In this document: one piece after another, positions 28,852 through 42,500 of the stretch
How positions within the stretch are numbered: position 1 is the stretch's first letter
Layout of the letters: every line of letters begins with the position of its first letter
Source of the DNA: Eledone cirrhosa
Taxonomy: Eukaryota
Direction of reading: 5' to 3'
NCBI GenBank assembly: GCA_964016885.1
Contig: OZ024741.1
Coordinates: 409,448,001 to 409,512,000 of the forward strand
DNA length: 64,000 nt
Made by a program: the position numbers and the translations under genes
The notes under the pieces: model-generated
What the model saw: the letters and a program-made list of their open reading frames with translations, nothing else
Told to the model about the DNA's origin: nothing
The model's database searches: none

Positions 28852-31800
28852 TGGAGGAGGTTATAGTTCACTTGAAGCATTGTGTAATGAGGTATAAACG
28901 TTTGAATATGTGTAATAAAGCCAAAACAATGCAGGTATGGACATAGAAAAAAGAATGCAATTGTAAAAGATATTGTTGACAATTCGTCCTTTACCTTAGA
29001 TTTATTTAAATGTCCTTAATTTTCGAGATAATATCTCTTCTTCAGAGGGAAATAAAGGTCTCAAACCAGCATTCTAAATATCTAGCCAAGCCATGCTGAC
29101 AGGAAATAGTATAGAGTATCTGTTCTATCTCTAATATCAAAGAGTTAAAATTAGGTGGATAAAAAGTAGTCTCCCTTTAAAAGGGGGTTTGTTTAGGGTT
29201 TTTTTTAATTTTTATTTTATATACATGCCTGTATAAGTGTGTGGGAGAATGCATGAAGGTGTAAGTATGTGAGTGTGTGTGTGTGAGTGTGAGACGATAA
29301 ATCTATTCGTAAATGTGGGGGGTAGGTGTTATCTGGTGTTAGAACTGGTTTTGTGTGTGTATGTGTGAGAGAGAATAAGTGGAGGTGTAAGCGTGTGTGT
29401 GTGCGCGTGGGTGTGTGTGTGTGAGGTGTGTAAATATGGGGCTAGAGGCCCTATCAGGTTATAAATTGGGTGTTGAGTTCTAGTCTATTATTGATTGGTG
29501 GTTGTGTTTTATCTATAATTAGTGCTTCCTTAATTCTAAGATTGCCGAGGTTTCTTTCCTTAGTTTCTATCCTAACTGTTATGGTTTTGTCGGTGTTTTT
29601 GCATTTAACTAGGTGTTTCTTAACTGAGGAAGCGTTAGTATTGAGGTGTTCTTTTATTCTTATGTGGAGTGGTCTGGTGGTGCTACCTACGTAGAAGTTG
29701 TTGCATTTGTCACACTCTAGTCTGTATACAACGTAAGCCTGGTGGCATAGGTCTGTGTCGTTGATGGGGCAGTTGGCTAGTCTGCAGCAGTTGTCATGTC
29801 TGGTGGAGTGTCTCTTGGCCAGCCGTCCGCGCAGAGAAGGACCCAAGTGGGCCAGTTGGATATCCAGTCCCTCTCGTCTGATGGCTCTGCGGATGGCTGT
29901 TGTTGTTTCTTCACTGAAGTGTGGGAGCTTCAGGAAGCAAGTGTTAGTGCCTCGGGTGTGGTGTCCTCTGTTCTTTCTGGCACGGTTTGTGGTGGATGTC
30001 GTGTATCCGTTCAGTTTGAGTACTTCCAGGAAATGTGTGGTGTGTGTCTCGGTCTCTAGCGTCGGTGCATTTGTTCCGGATATGTGCCAGTTCGTTCCTT
30101 ATGTATCCGAACTTGGCACCGAGTGGGAGGGCCGATCTGAAATGTACGAACAGGTCCCTGCTGGTGGTTTTTTATAGAAGCAGGTGTGGATGTTGCCTTC
30201 CTCTGTTACCCTGAGTTGGAAGTCCAGTAGGGATAGGGATCCGCGGTCATCGGGGTGTTCCATGCTCAACTTTATACTGGCGTCCATGCTGGAGAATGTT
30301 GTGTATATTTTATCTGCCTCCTCACGGGATGATGTAAGGATGAGTATGTCATCTACATATCGGGTGAAGAAGGTATGGGAATGGCAGAGTTGAGGGCTCG
30401 GCATTCTAGCTGGTTCATGTAGGTGATGGCCAGCAGGCCCGATAGGCTGGATCCCATGGGTAATCCTGTTGTCTGTCTGTATGTGTGGTGGTGGAAGGTA
30501 AAGTACGTGTCTACTGTGAAGGACAAAAGCTGGTGTATGTCCGTCGGATGGAGGCCGTAGCAATGGATGTTCTCTGCGACCACGCAGTCCGTCAATAAAT
30601 CGACAGCTGGATGAGCGGGGACTGTAGTGTAGAGGGAGACAACGTCGAGGCTAAAGGCGTATTTATTTAGTTTAAGTTGTTCTGGCTGGAGTTGGTGTAA
30701 TCTACGTATAACTTCGTTGGAGCTACTGACATGCCCGGGAAAGGTGGAGAGTAGAGGCTTGAGGACCTGGGAGAGGAGCCAGGAAATTTTGTATAGGGGT
30801 CCTTCTATGCTAGAGACGATGGGTCTTATTTGCGTCTTAGTACTATTCTTGTGGGTCTTGATGAGGTGGTAGAAAGTGGGCAGTCTGCTATTTCTAGTGG
30901 TGTAGTTGAGCTTAACTTTATTTGGGAGTTGTCTTCTCCTACAGATATCGAACCAAATGGAGTTGGTCTGTTTTTCGATCTGGGCTGCAGTCATGTCCGG
31001 GATCTCTGTGTATAATTCACTGTCGCTTAGGTGTTCGAAGGCTAGGTTATTGTATGTGGCTTGAGAGATGACGCAAAACTCTTTACCTTTGTCGGATGGT
31101 AAGTAAATAAGTTCCTTATTCCGTAGGTTCTTCAGGGCGAGTTGTTGTGTCCTGGAGAGGTTTGGGGCCATCTTCTTCTGTTTCCGTAAGATGTTAAATA
31201 CGGAATGTTTTAGTCTCGAGAGTTTTTCTTCAAGCTCGCGGTTGGCGGGCGGTGGACAGAGTGGGCGATCTAGTTGGTATATCGGGAATCTGGGTTTGAT
31301 GGATTCCGTGGTGTTGTTGTCGAGAGTCGATATCCATTTTAGTTGGTAGGCAGCCCGACAGAAATTCGTTTCTATGTCGAGCCATAGTTTGTCGTCCAGT
31401 CTCTGTTTCAATATGAACTTGGGACCCAGGCTGAGGAGGTCTAATTCCTCTCGGGAGAGGGATCCAGTCAAGTCTGTGACGAGGTGTTTTGCGTCAGGTG
31501 TGTTGTTGGTCGGGGCGCCGCTAGGTTCGGTGTTGGTACCGTCTTGTTCGTCTCTGTTGGTGCTTAGAGTTGGGATGTTGTTAAGACAGTTGGCCGTCCT
31601 GAGTTTGAGAAATTTTTGCGTTAGACGTATTTTCTCGTAGTCTCGGCGGTGGTGGTATGACCTGTCTATAGTGGCGGAGATGACTCTGCACAGAGGTTCT
31701 GGGGTTTCAGCGAGTTGTGGTACAAGGCTGGAAATAGTCCGTATGTGTTGTTGTAGCGTGCGGTGTAGGTGTTGTATGAGTTTTCTTAGGCAGAATGTTT

Positions 31801-32365
31801 GTATGTAACTAAGTGATCGTTTGAGGCCTGGTGATTTGAAGCATGTTGGTAGGTGCACATTTTTGATAGTTTTGGGGATGATGTTGTTATTCAGGCATCG
31901 TTTTAGGAAGTTTATTTGGCAGCCGGCTTTGGCGCGCTTTTCAGATAGCTGGAAGAGTTTCCTTACAGTTGTGAACTGGGCCTGGCTCAGGCGTAAGGAA
32001 AGGAGGAGGTTATAGTTCACTTGAAGCATTGTGTAATGAGGTATAAACGTTTGAATATGTGTAATAAAGCCAAAACAATGCAGGTATGGACATAGAAAAA
32101 AGAATGCAATTGTAAAAGATATTGTTGACAATTCGTCCTTTACCTTAAATTTATTTAAATGTCCTTAATTTTCGAGATAATATCTCTTCTTCGGAGGGAA
32201 ATAAAGGTCTCAAACCAGCGTTCTAAATATCTAGCCAAGCCATGCTGACAGGAAATAGTATAGAGTATCTGTTCTATCTCTAATATCAAAGGGTTAAAAT
32301 TAGGTGGATAAAGAGTAGTCTCCCTTTAAAAGGGGGTTTGTTTAGGGTTTTTTTTATTTTATAAA
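28852..32365 (-). mobile_element. Full-length Penelope-like element with two direct pseudo-LTRs (~32002-32365 and ~28852-29222); ORF frameshifted twice
   Basis: ORF 30353..32131 (PSDKG, FYHLIKTHK, RPIVS, SLDVVSLYT, GLPMGS), then TRYVDD and LSLLD (30099..30563), then GIY-YIG VVYRLECDKCNNFYVGSTTRPLHIRIKEH (29454..). Direct repeats overlap the ORF start. Confidence 0.93.
29014..29048 (-). ncRNA. Minimal hammerhead ribozyme in the 3' pseudo-LTR (the 5' pLTR copy at ~32163-32197 has a CCGAAGA core mutation)
   Basis: Minus strand reads CCT-CTGAAGA-A-GAGAT(ATT)ATCTC-GAAA-AT-TA-AGG. Confidence 0.7.
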
Positions 32366-33593
32366 CTATGGCTCGACATAGAAACGAATTTCTGTCGGGC
32401 TGCCTACCAACTAAAATGGATATCGACTCTCGACAACAACACCACGGAATCCACCACACCCAGATTCCCGATATACCAACTAGATCGCCCACTCTGTCCA
32501 CCGCCTGCCAACCGCGAGCTTGAAGAAAAACTCTCGAGACTAAAACATTCCGTATTTAACATCTTACCGAAACAGAAGAAGATGGCCCCAAACCTCTCCA
32601 GGACACAACAACTCGCCCTGAAGAACCTACGGAATAAGGAACTTATTTACTTACCATCCGACAAAGGTAAAGAGTTCTGCGTCATCTCTCAAGCCACATA
32701 CAATAACCTAGCCTTCGAACACCTAAGCGAGAGTGAATTATACACAGAGATCCCGGACATGACTGCAGCCCAGATCGAAAAACAGACCAACTCCATTTGG
32801 TTCGACATCTGTAGGAGAAGACAACTCCCAAATAAAGTTAAGCTCAACTACACCACTAGAAATAGCAGACTGCCCACTTTCTACCACCTCATCAAGACCC
32901 ACAAGAATAGTACTAAGACACAAATAAGACCCATCGTCTCTAGCATAGAAGGACCCCTATACAAAATTTCCTGGCTCCTCTCCCAGGTCCTCAAGCCTCT
33001 ACTCTCCACCTTCCCCGGGCATGTCAGTAGCTCCAACGAAGTCATACGTAGACTACACCAACTCCAGCCAGAACAACTTAAACTAAATAAATACGCCTTT
33101 AGCCTCGACGTTGTCTCCCTCTACACTACAGTCCCCGGTCATCCAGCTGTCGATTTATTGACGGACTGCGTGGTCGCAGAGAACATCCATTGCTACGGCC
33201 TCCATCCGACGGACATACACCAACTTTTGTCCTTCACAGTAGACACGTACTTCACCTTCCACCACCACACATACAGACAGACAACAGGATTACCCATGGG
33301 ATCCAGCCTATCGGGCCTGCTGGCCATCACCTACATGAACCAGCTAGAATGCCGAGCCCTCAACTCTGCCATTCCCATACCTTCTTCACCCGATATGTAG
33401 ATGACATACTCATCCTTACATCATCCCGTGAGGAGGCAGATAAAATATACACAACATTCTCCAGCATGGACGCCAGTATAAAGTTGAGCATGGAACACCC
33501 CGATGACCGTGGATCCCTATCCCTACTGGACTTCCAACTCAGGGTAACAGAGGAAGGCAACATCCACACCTGCTTCTATAAAAAATCCGCCAG
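32366..33593 (+). mobile_element. Inverted internal copy of the same PLE (RT region), truncated by the satellite
   Basis: Reverse complement of ~30165-31385 with scattered substitutions; ORFs 32582..33400 and 33190..33606. Confidence 0.92.
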
Positions 33594-36500
33594 TCTAGTT
33601 ATATAAACTATAGCCCTAGTCTAGTTATATATACTATAGCCCCAGTTTAGTTATATCAACTATAGCCCCAGTGTAGTTATATAAACTATAGGCCCAGTCT
33701 AGTTATATAAACTATAGCCCCAGTTTAGTTATATCAACTATAGCCCCAGTGTAGTTATATAAACTATAGCCCCAGTCTAGGGGTTATATAAACTATAGCC
33801 CTAGTCTAGTTATATAAACTATAGCCACAGTCTAGTTATATAAACTATAGCCCCAGTCTACGTATATAAACTATAGCCCCAGTCTAGGGGTTATATAAAC
33901 TATAGCCCCAGTCTAGTTATATAAACTATAGCCCCAGTCTATGGGTTATATAAACTATAGCCCTAGTCTAGTTATATAAACTATAGCCACAGTCTAGTTA
34001 TATAAACTATAGCCCCAGTCTAGTTTTATAAACTATAGCCCCAGTCTAGTTATATAAACTATAGCCCCAGTCTAGTTATATAAACTATAGCCCTAGTCTA
34101 GTTATATAAACAATAGCCCTAGTCTAGTTATATAAACTATAGCCCCAGTCTAGTTATATAAACAATAGCCCCAGTCTAGTTTTATAAACTATAGCCCCAG
34201 TCTAGTTATATAAACTATAGCCCCAGTCTAGTTATATAAACTATAGCCCTAGTCTAGTTATATAAACTATAGCCCCAGTCTAGGGGTTATATAAACTATA
34301 GCCCCAGTCTAGTTAAATAAACTCTAGCCCTAGTTATATAAACTATAGCCCCTGTGTAGCGGTTATATAAACTATAGCCCCAGTCTAGTTATATAAACTA
34401 TAGCCCCAGTCTAGGGGTTATATAAACTATAGCCCTAGTCTAGTTATATAAACAATAGCCCCAGTCTAGTTATATAAAGTATAGCTCCAGTCTAGTTATA
34501 TAAACTATAGATCCAGTCTAGTTATATAAACTATAGGCCCAGTCTAGTTATATAAACTATAGCCCCAGTCTAGTTATATAAACTATAGCCCCAGTCTAGT
34601 TATATAAACTATAGCCCTAGTCTAGTTATATAAACTATAGCCCCAGTCTAGTTATATAAACTATAGCCCCAGATTAGTTATCTAAACTATAGCCCCAGAT
34701 TAGTTATATAAACTATAGCCCCAGTCTAGTTATATAAACTATAGCCCCAGTCTAGTTATATAAACTATAGCCCAGTCTAGTTATATCAACTATAGCCCCA
34801 GTCTAGTTATATAAACTATAGCCCCAGTCTAGTTATATAAACTATAGCCCCAGATTAGTTATATAAACTATAGCCCCAGTCTAGTTATATAAACTATAGC
34901 CCCAGTCTAGTTATATAAACTATAGCCCAGTCTAGTTATATCAACTATAGCCCCAGTCTAGTTATATAAACTAAAGCCCCAGTCTAATTATATAAACTAT
35001 AGCCCCAGGCTAGTTATATACATTATAGCCCTAGTCTAGTTATATAAACTATAGCCCCAGACTAGTTATATAAACTATAGCCCCAGTCTAGTTATATAAA
35101 CTATAGCCCCAGTCTAGTTATATAAACTATAACCCCAGGCTAGTTATATAAACTATAGCCCTAGTCTAGTTATATAAACTATAGGCCCAGTCTAGGAGTT
35201 ATATAAATTATAGCCACAGTCTAGTTATATAAACTATAGCCCCAGTCTAGTTATATAAACTATAGCCCCAGCGTAGTTGTAGAAACTATAGCCCTAGTCT
35301 AGAGGTTATATAAACTATAGCCCCAGTCTAGTTATATAAACTATAGCCCCAGTCTAGCTATATAAACTATAGCCCTGTCCAGTTATATAAACTATAGCCC
35401 TAGTCTAGTTATATAAACTATAGCCCCAGTCTAGTTATATAAACTATAACCCCAGTCTAGTTATATAAACTATAGCCCCAGTCTAGTTATATAAACTATA
35501 GCCCTAGTCTAGTTATATATACTATAGCCCCAGTCTAGTTATATAACTATAGCCCCAGTGTAGTTATATAAACTATAGCCCCTGTCTAGTTATATAAAGT
35601 ATAGCCCTAGTCTAGTTATATAAACTATAGCCCCAGTCTAGTTATATAAACTATAACCCCAGTCTAGTTATATAAACTATAGCCCCAGTCTAGTTATATC
35701 AACTATAGCCCCAGTGTAGTTATATAAACTATAGCCCCAGTCTAGGGGTTATATAAACTATATCCCAGTCTAGTTATATAAACTATAGCCCTGTCCAGTT
35801 ATATAAACTATAGCCCTAGTCTAGTTATATAAACTATAGCCCCAGTCTAGTTATATAAACTATAACCCCAGTCTAGTTATATAAACTATAGCCCCAGTCT
35901 AGTTATATAAACTATAGCCCTAGTCTAGTTATATATACTATAGCCCCAGTCTAGTTATATAACTATAGCCCCAGTGTAGTTATATAAACTATAGCCCCTG
36001 TCTAGTTATATAAAGTATAGCCCTAGTCTAGTTATATAAACTATAACCCCAGTGTAGTTATATAAACTATAACCCCAGTCTAGGGGTTATATAAACTATA
36101 GCCCCAGTCTAGTTATATAAACTATAGCCCCTGTCTAGCTATATAAACTATAGACCCAGTCTAGGAGTTATATAAACTATATCCCAGTCTAGTTATATAA
36201 ACTATAGCCCTAATCTAGTTATATAAACTATAGCCCCAGTCTAATTATATAAAGTATAGCCCCAGTCTATTTATATAAACTATAGCCCTAGTCTAGTTAT
36301 ATAAACTATAGCCCCAGTCTAGTTATATAAACTATAGCTCCAGTCTAGTTATATCAACTATAGCCCCAGTGTAGTTATATAAACTATAGGCCAAGTCTAG
36401 GGGTTATATAAACTATAGCCCTAGTCTTGTTATATAAACTATAGCCACAGTCTAGGGGTTATATAAACTATAGCCCTAGTCTTGTTATATAAACTATAGC

Positions 36501-39500
36501 CACAGTCTAGTTATATAAACTATAGCCCCAGTCTAGTTATATAAACTATAGCCCCAGTCTAGGGGTTATATAAACAATAGCCCCAGTCTAGTTATATAAA
36601 CTATAGCTCCAGTCTAGTTATATAAACTATAGATCCAGTCTAGTTATATAAACTATAGCCCTAGTCCAGTTATATAAACTATAGCCCCAGTCTAGTTATA
36701 TAAACTATAGCTCCAGTCTAGTTATATCAACTATAGCCCCAGTGTAGTTATATAAACTATAGCCCCAGTCTAGGGGTTATATAAACTATAGCCCCGGTCT
36801 AGTTATATAAACTATAGTCCCAGTCTAGTTATATAAACTATAGCCCTAGTCTAGTTATATAAACTATAGCCCTAGTCTAGTTATATAAACTATAGCCCCA
36901 GTCTAGGGGTTATATAAACTATAGTTCCAGTCTAGTTATATAAACTATAGCCCTAGTCTAGTTATATAAACTATAGCCCCAGTCTAAGGGTTATATAAAC
37001 TATAGCCCCAGTCTAGTTATATAAACTATAGCCCCAGTCTAGCTATATAAACTATAGTCCCAGTCTAGTTATATAAACTATAGCCCTAGTCTAGTTATAT
37101 AAACTATAGCCCTAGTCTAGTTATATAAACTATAGCCCCAGTCTAGGGGTTATATAAACTATAGTTCCAGTCTAGTTATATAAACTATAGCCCTAGTCTA
37201 GTTATATAAACTATAGCCCCAGTCTAGGGGTTATATAAACTATAGCCCCAGTCTAGTTATATAAACTATAGCCCCAGTCTAGTTATATAAACTATAACCC
37301 CAGTCTAGTTATATAAACTGTAGCGCAGTCTAGTTATATAAACTATAGCCCTAGTCTAGTTATATAAACTATAGCCCCAGTCTAGTTATATAACTATAGC
37401 CCCAGTGTAGTTATATAAACTATAGCCCCTGTCTAGTTATATAACGTATAGCCCTAGTCTAGTTATATAAACTATAACCCCAGTCTAGTTATATAAACTA
37501 TAGCCCCTGTCTAGTTATATAAACTATAGCCCCAGTCTAGTTATATAAACTATAGCCCAGTCTAGTTATGTCAACTATAGCCCCAGTCTAGTTATATAAA
37601 CTAAAGCCCCAGTCTAATTATATAAACTATAGGCCCAGTCTGGTTATATACATTATAGCCCTAGTCTCGTTATATAAAATATAGCCCCAGACTAGTTATA
37701 TAAACTATAGCCCCAGTCTAATTATATAAACTATAGCCCCAGTCTAGTTATATAAACTATAGGCCAAGTCTAGTTATATAAACTATAGCCCCAGTCTAGT
37801 TATATAAACTATAGCCTCCGTCTAGTTATATAAATTATAGCCTCCATCTAGTTATATAAACTATAGCCCCAGTCTAGTTATATAAACTATAGCCCCAGTC
37901 TAGTTATATAAACTATAGCCTCCGTCTAGTTATATAAACTATAGCCTCTGTCTAGTTATATAAACTATAGCCCAAGCCTAGTTATATAAACTATAGCCCC
38001 AGTCTAGTTATATAAACTATATCCCCAGTCTAGTTATATAAACTATAGCACGAGTCTAGTTATATAAACTATAGCCCCAGTCTAGTTATATAAACTATAT
38101 CCCCAGTCTAGTTATATAAACTATAGCACGAGTCTAGTTATATAAACTATTGCCACACTCTAGTTATATAAACTATAGCCCCAGTCTAGTTATATAAACT
38201 ATAGCCCCAGTCTAGCTATATAAACTATAGCCCTGTCCAGTTATATAAACTATAGCCCTAGTCTAGTTATATAAACTATAGCCCCAGTCTAGTTATATAA
38301 ACTATAACCCCAGTCTAGTTATATAAACTATAGCCCCAGTCTAGTTATATAAACTATAGCCCTAGTCTAGTTATATATACTATAGCCCCAGTCTAGTTAT
38401 ATAACTATAGCCCCAGTGTAGTTATATAAACTATAGCCCCTGTCTAGTTATATAAAGTATAGCCCTAGTCTAGTTATATAAACTATAGCCCCAGTCTAGT
38501 TATATAAACTATAACCCCAGTCTAGTTATATAAACTATAGCCCCAGTCTAGTTATATCAACTATAGCCCCAGTGTAGTTATATAAACTATAGCCCCAGTC
38601 TAGGGGTTATATAAACTATATCCCAGTCTAGTTATATAAACTATAGCCCTGTCCAGTTATATAAACTATAGCCCTAGTCTAGTTATATAAACTATAGCCC
38701 CAGTCTAGTTATATAAACTATAACCCCAGTCTAGTTATATAAACTATAGCCCCAGTCTAGTTATATAAACTATAGCCCTAGTCTAGTTATATATACTATA
38801 GCCCCAGTCTAGTTATATAACTATAGCCCCAGTGTAGTTATATAAACTATAGCCCCTGTCTAGTTATATAAAGTATAGCCCTAGTCTAGTTATATAAACT
38901 ATAACCCCAGTGTAGTTATATAAACTATAACCCCAGTCTAGGGGTTATATAAACTATAGCCCCAGTCTAGTTATATAAACTATAGCCCCTGTCTAGCTAT
39001 ATAAACTATAGACCCAGTCTAGGAGTTATATAAACTATATCCCAGTCTAGTTATATAAACTATAGCCCTAATCTAGTTATATAAACTATAGCCCCAGTCT
39101 AATTATATAAAGTATAGCCCCAGTCTATTTATATAAACTATAGCCCTAGTCTAGTTATATAAACTATAGCCCCAGTCTAGTTATATAAACTATAGCTCCA
39201 GTCTAGTTATATCAACTATAGCCCCAGTGTAGTTATATAAACTATAGGCCAAGTCTAGGGGTTATATAAACTATAGCCCTAGTCTTGTTATATAAACTAT
39301 AGCCACAGTCTAGGGGTTATATAAACTATAGCCCTAGTCTTGTTATATAAACTATAGCCACAGTCTAGTTATATAAACTATAGCCCCAGTCTAGTTATAT
39401 AAACTATAGCCCCAGTCTAGGGGTTATATAAACAATAGCCCCAGTCTAGTTATATAAACTATAGCTCCAGTCTAGTTATATAAACTATAGATCCAGTCTA

Positions 39501-42500
39501 GTTATATAAACTATAGCCCTAGTCCAGTTATATAAACTATAGCCCCAGTCTAGTTATATAAACTATAGCTCCAGTCTAGTTATATCAACTATAGCCCCAG
39601 TGTAGTTATATAAACTATAGCCCCAGTCTAGGGGTTATATAAACTATAGCCCCGGTCTAGTTATATAAACTATAGTCCCAGTCTAGTTATATAAACTATA
39701 GCCCTAGTCTAGTTATATAAACTATAGCCCTAGTCTAGTTATATAAACTATAGCCCCAGTCTAGGGGTTATATAAACTATAGTTCCAGTCTAGTTATATA
39801 AACTATAGCCCTAGTCTAGTTATATAAACTATAGCCCCAGTCTAAGGGTTATATAAACTATAGCCCCAGTCTAGTTATATAAACTATAGCCCCAGTCTAG
39901 CTATATAAACTATAGTCCCAGTCTAGTTATATAAACTATAGCCCTAGTCTAGTTATATAAACTATAGCCCTAGTCTAGTTATATAAACTATAGCCCCAGT
40001 CTAGGGGTTATATAAACTATAGTTCCAGTCTAGTTATATAAACTATAGCCCTAGTCTAGTTATATAAACTATAGCCCCAGTCTAGGGGTTATATAAACTA
40101 TAGCCCCAGTCTAGTTATATAAACTATAGCCCCAGTCTAGTTATATAAACTATAACCCCAGTCTAGTTATATAAACTGTAGCGCAGTCTAGTTATATAAA
40201 CTATAGCCCTAGTCTAGTTATATAAACTATAGCCCCAGTCTAGTTATATAACTATAGCCCCAGTGTAGTTATATAAACTATAGCCCCTGTCTAGTTATAT
40301 AACGTATAGCCCTAGTCTAGTTATATAAACTATAACCCCAGTCTAGTTATATAAACTATAGCCCCTGTCTAGTTATATAAACTATAGCCCCAGTCTAGTT
40401 ATATAAACTATAGCCCAGTCTAGTTATGTCAACTATAGCCCCAGTCTAGTTATATAAACTAAAGCCCCAGTCTAATTATATAAACTATAGGCCCAGTCTG
40501 GTTATATACATTATAGCCCTAGTCTCGTTATATAAAATATAGCCCCAGACTAGTTATATAAACTATAGCCCCAGTCTAATTATATAAACTATAGCCCCAG
40601 TCTAGTTATATAAACTATAGGCCAAGTCTAGTTATATAAACTATAGCCCCAGTCTAGTTATATAAACTATAGCCTCCGTCTAGTTATATAAATTATAGCC
40701 TCCATCTAGTTATATAAACTATAGCCCCAGTCTAGTTATATAAACTATAGCCCCAGTCTAGTTATATAAACTATAGCCTCCGTCTAGTTATATAAACTAT
40801 AGCCTCTGTCTAGTTATATAAACTATAGCCCAAGCCTAGTTATATAAACTATAGCCCCAGTCTAGTTATATAAACTATATCCCCAGTCTAGTTATATAAA
40901 CTATAGCACGAGTCTAGTTATATAAACTATAGCCCCAGTCTAGTTATATAAACTATATCCCCAGTCTAGTTATATAAACTATAGCACGAGTCTAGTTATA
41001 TAAACTATTGCCACACTCTAGTTATATAAACTATAGCCCCAGTCTAGTTATATAAACTATATCCCCAGTCTAGTTATATAAACTATAGCCCCAGTCTAGT
41101 CATATAAACTATAGCCCCAGCCTAGTTATAAAAACTATAGCCCCAGTCTAGTTATATAAACTATAGCCCCAGTTTAGATATATAAACTATAGCCCCAGTC
41201 TAGTTATATAATCTATAGCCCCAGTCTAGTTATATAAACTATAGCCCCAGTCTAGTTATATAAACTATAGCACGAGTCTAGTTATATAAACTATAGCCCC
41301 AGTCTAGTTATATAAACTATAGCCCCAGTCTAGTTATATAAACTATAGCCCCAGTCTAGTTATATAAATTATAGCCCCAGTCTAGTTATATAAACTATAG
41401 CCCTAGTCTAGTTATATAAACTATAGGCCCAGTCTAGTTATATAATCTATAAACCCAGTCTAGTTATGTAAACTATAGCCCCAGTCTAGTTATACAAACT
41501 ATAGCCTTAGTCTAGTTATATAAACTATAGCCCCAGTCTAGTTATATAAAATATAGCCCTAGTATAGTTATATAAACTATAGCCCTAGTCTAGTTATATA
41601 AACTATAGCCCCAGTCTAGTTATATAAACTATAGCCCCAGTCTAGTTATATAAACTATATCCCCAGTCTAGTTATATAAACTATAGCCCCAGTCTAGTTA
41701 TATAAACTATATCCCCAGTCTAGTTATATAAACTATAGCACGAGTCTAGTTATATAAACTATAGCCCCAGTCTAGTTATATAAACTATAGCCCAAGCCTA
41801 GTTATATAAACTATAGCCCCAGTCTAGTTATATAAACTATAGCCCCAGTCTAGTTATATAAACTATAGCCCCAGCCAAGTTATATAAACTATAGCCCCAG
41901 TCTAGTTATATAAACTATAGCCCCAGTCTAGTTATATAAACTATAGCCCAAGCCTAGCTGTATAAACTATAGCCCTAGTCTAGTTATATAAACTATAGGC
42001 CCAGTCTAGTTATATAATCTATAACCCCAGTCTAGTTATATAAACTATATCCCCAGTCTAGTTATATAAACTATAGCCCCAGTCTAGTTATATAAAGTAT
42101 AGCCCCAGTCTAGTTATATAAACTATAGCCCCAGTCTAGTTATATAAACTATAGCCCCAGTCTAGTTATATAAACTATATCCCCAGTCTAGTTATATAAA
42201 CTATAGCCCCAGTCTAGTTATATAAACTATAGCCCCAGTCTAGTTATATAAACTATATCCCCAGTCTAGTTATATAAACTATAGCCCCAGTCTAGTTATA
42301 TAAAATATATCCCCAGTCTAGTTATATAAACTATATCCCCAGTCTAGTTATATAAACTATAGCATGAGTCTAGTTATATAAACTATAGCCCCAGTCTAGT
42401 TATATAAACTATAGCCCCAGTCTAGTTATATAAACTATAGCCCCAGTCTAGTTATATAAACTATAGCCCCAGTCTAGTTATATAAACTATAGCCTCCGTC

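Noticed and set aside
28683-28982. Separate small gene sharing its N-terminus with ORF 30353..32131
   Set aside because: It is the 3' pseudo-LTR repeating the ORF start and running into a microsatellite.
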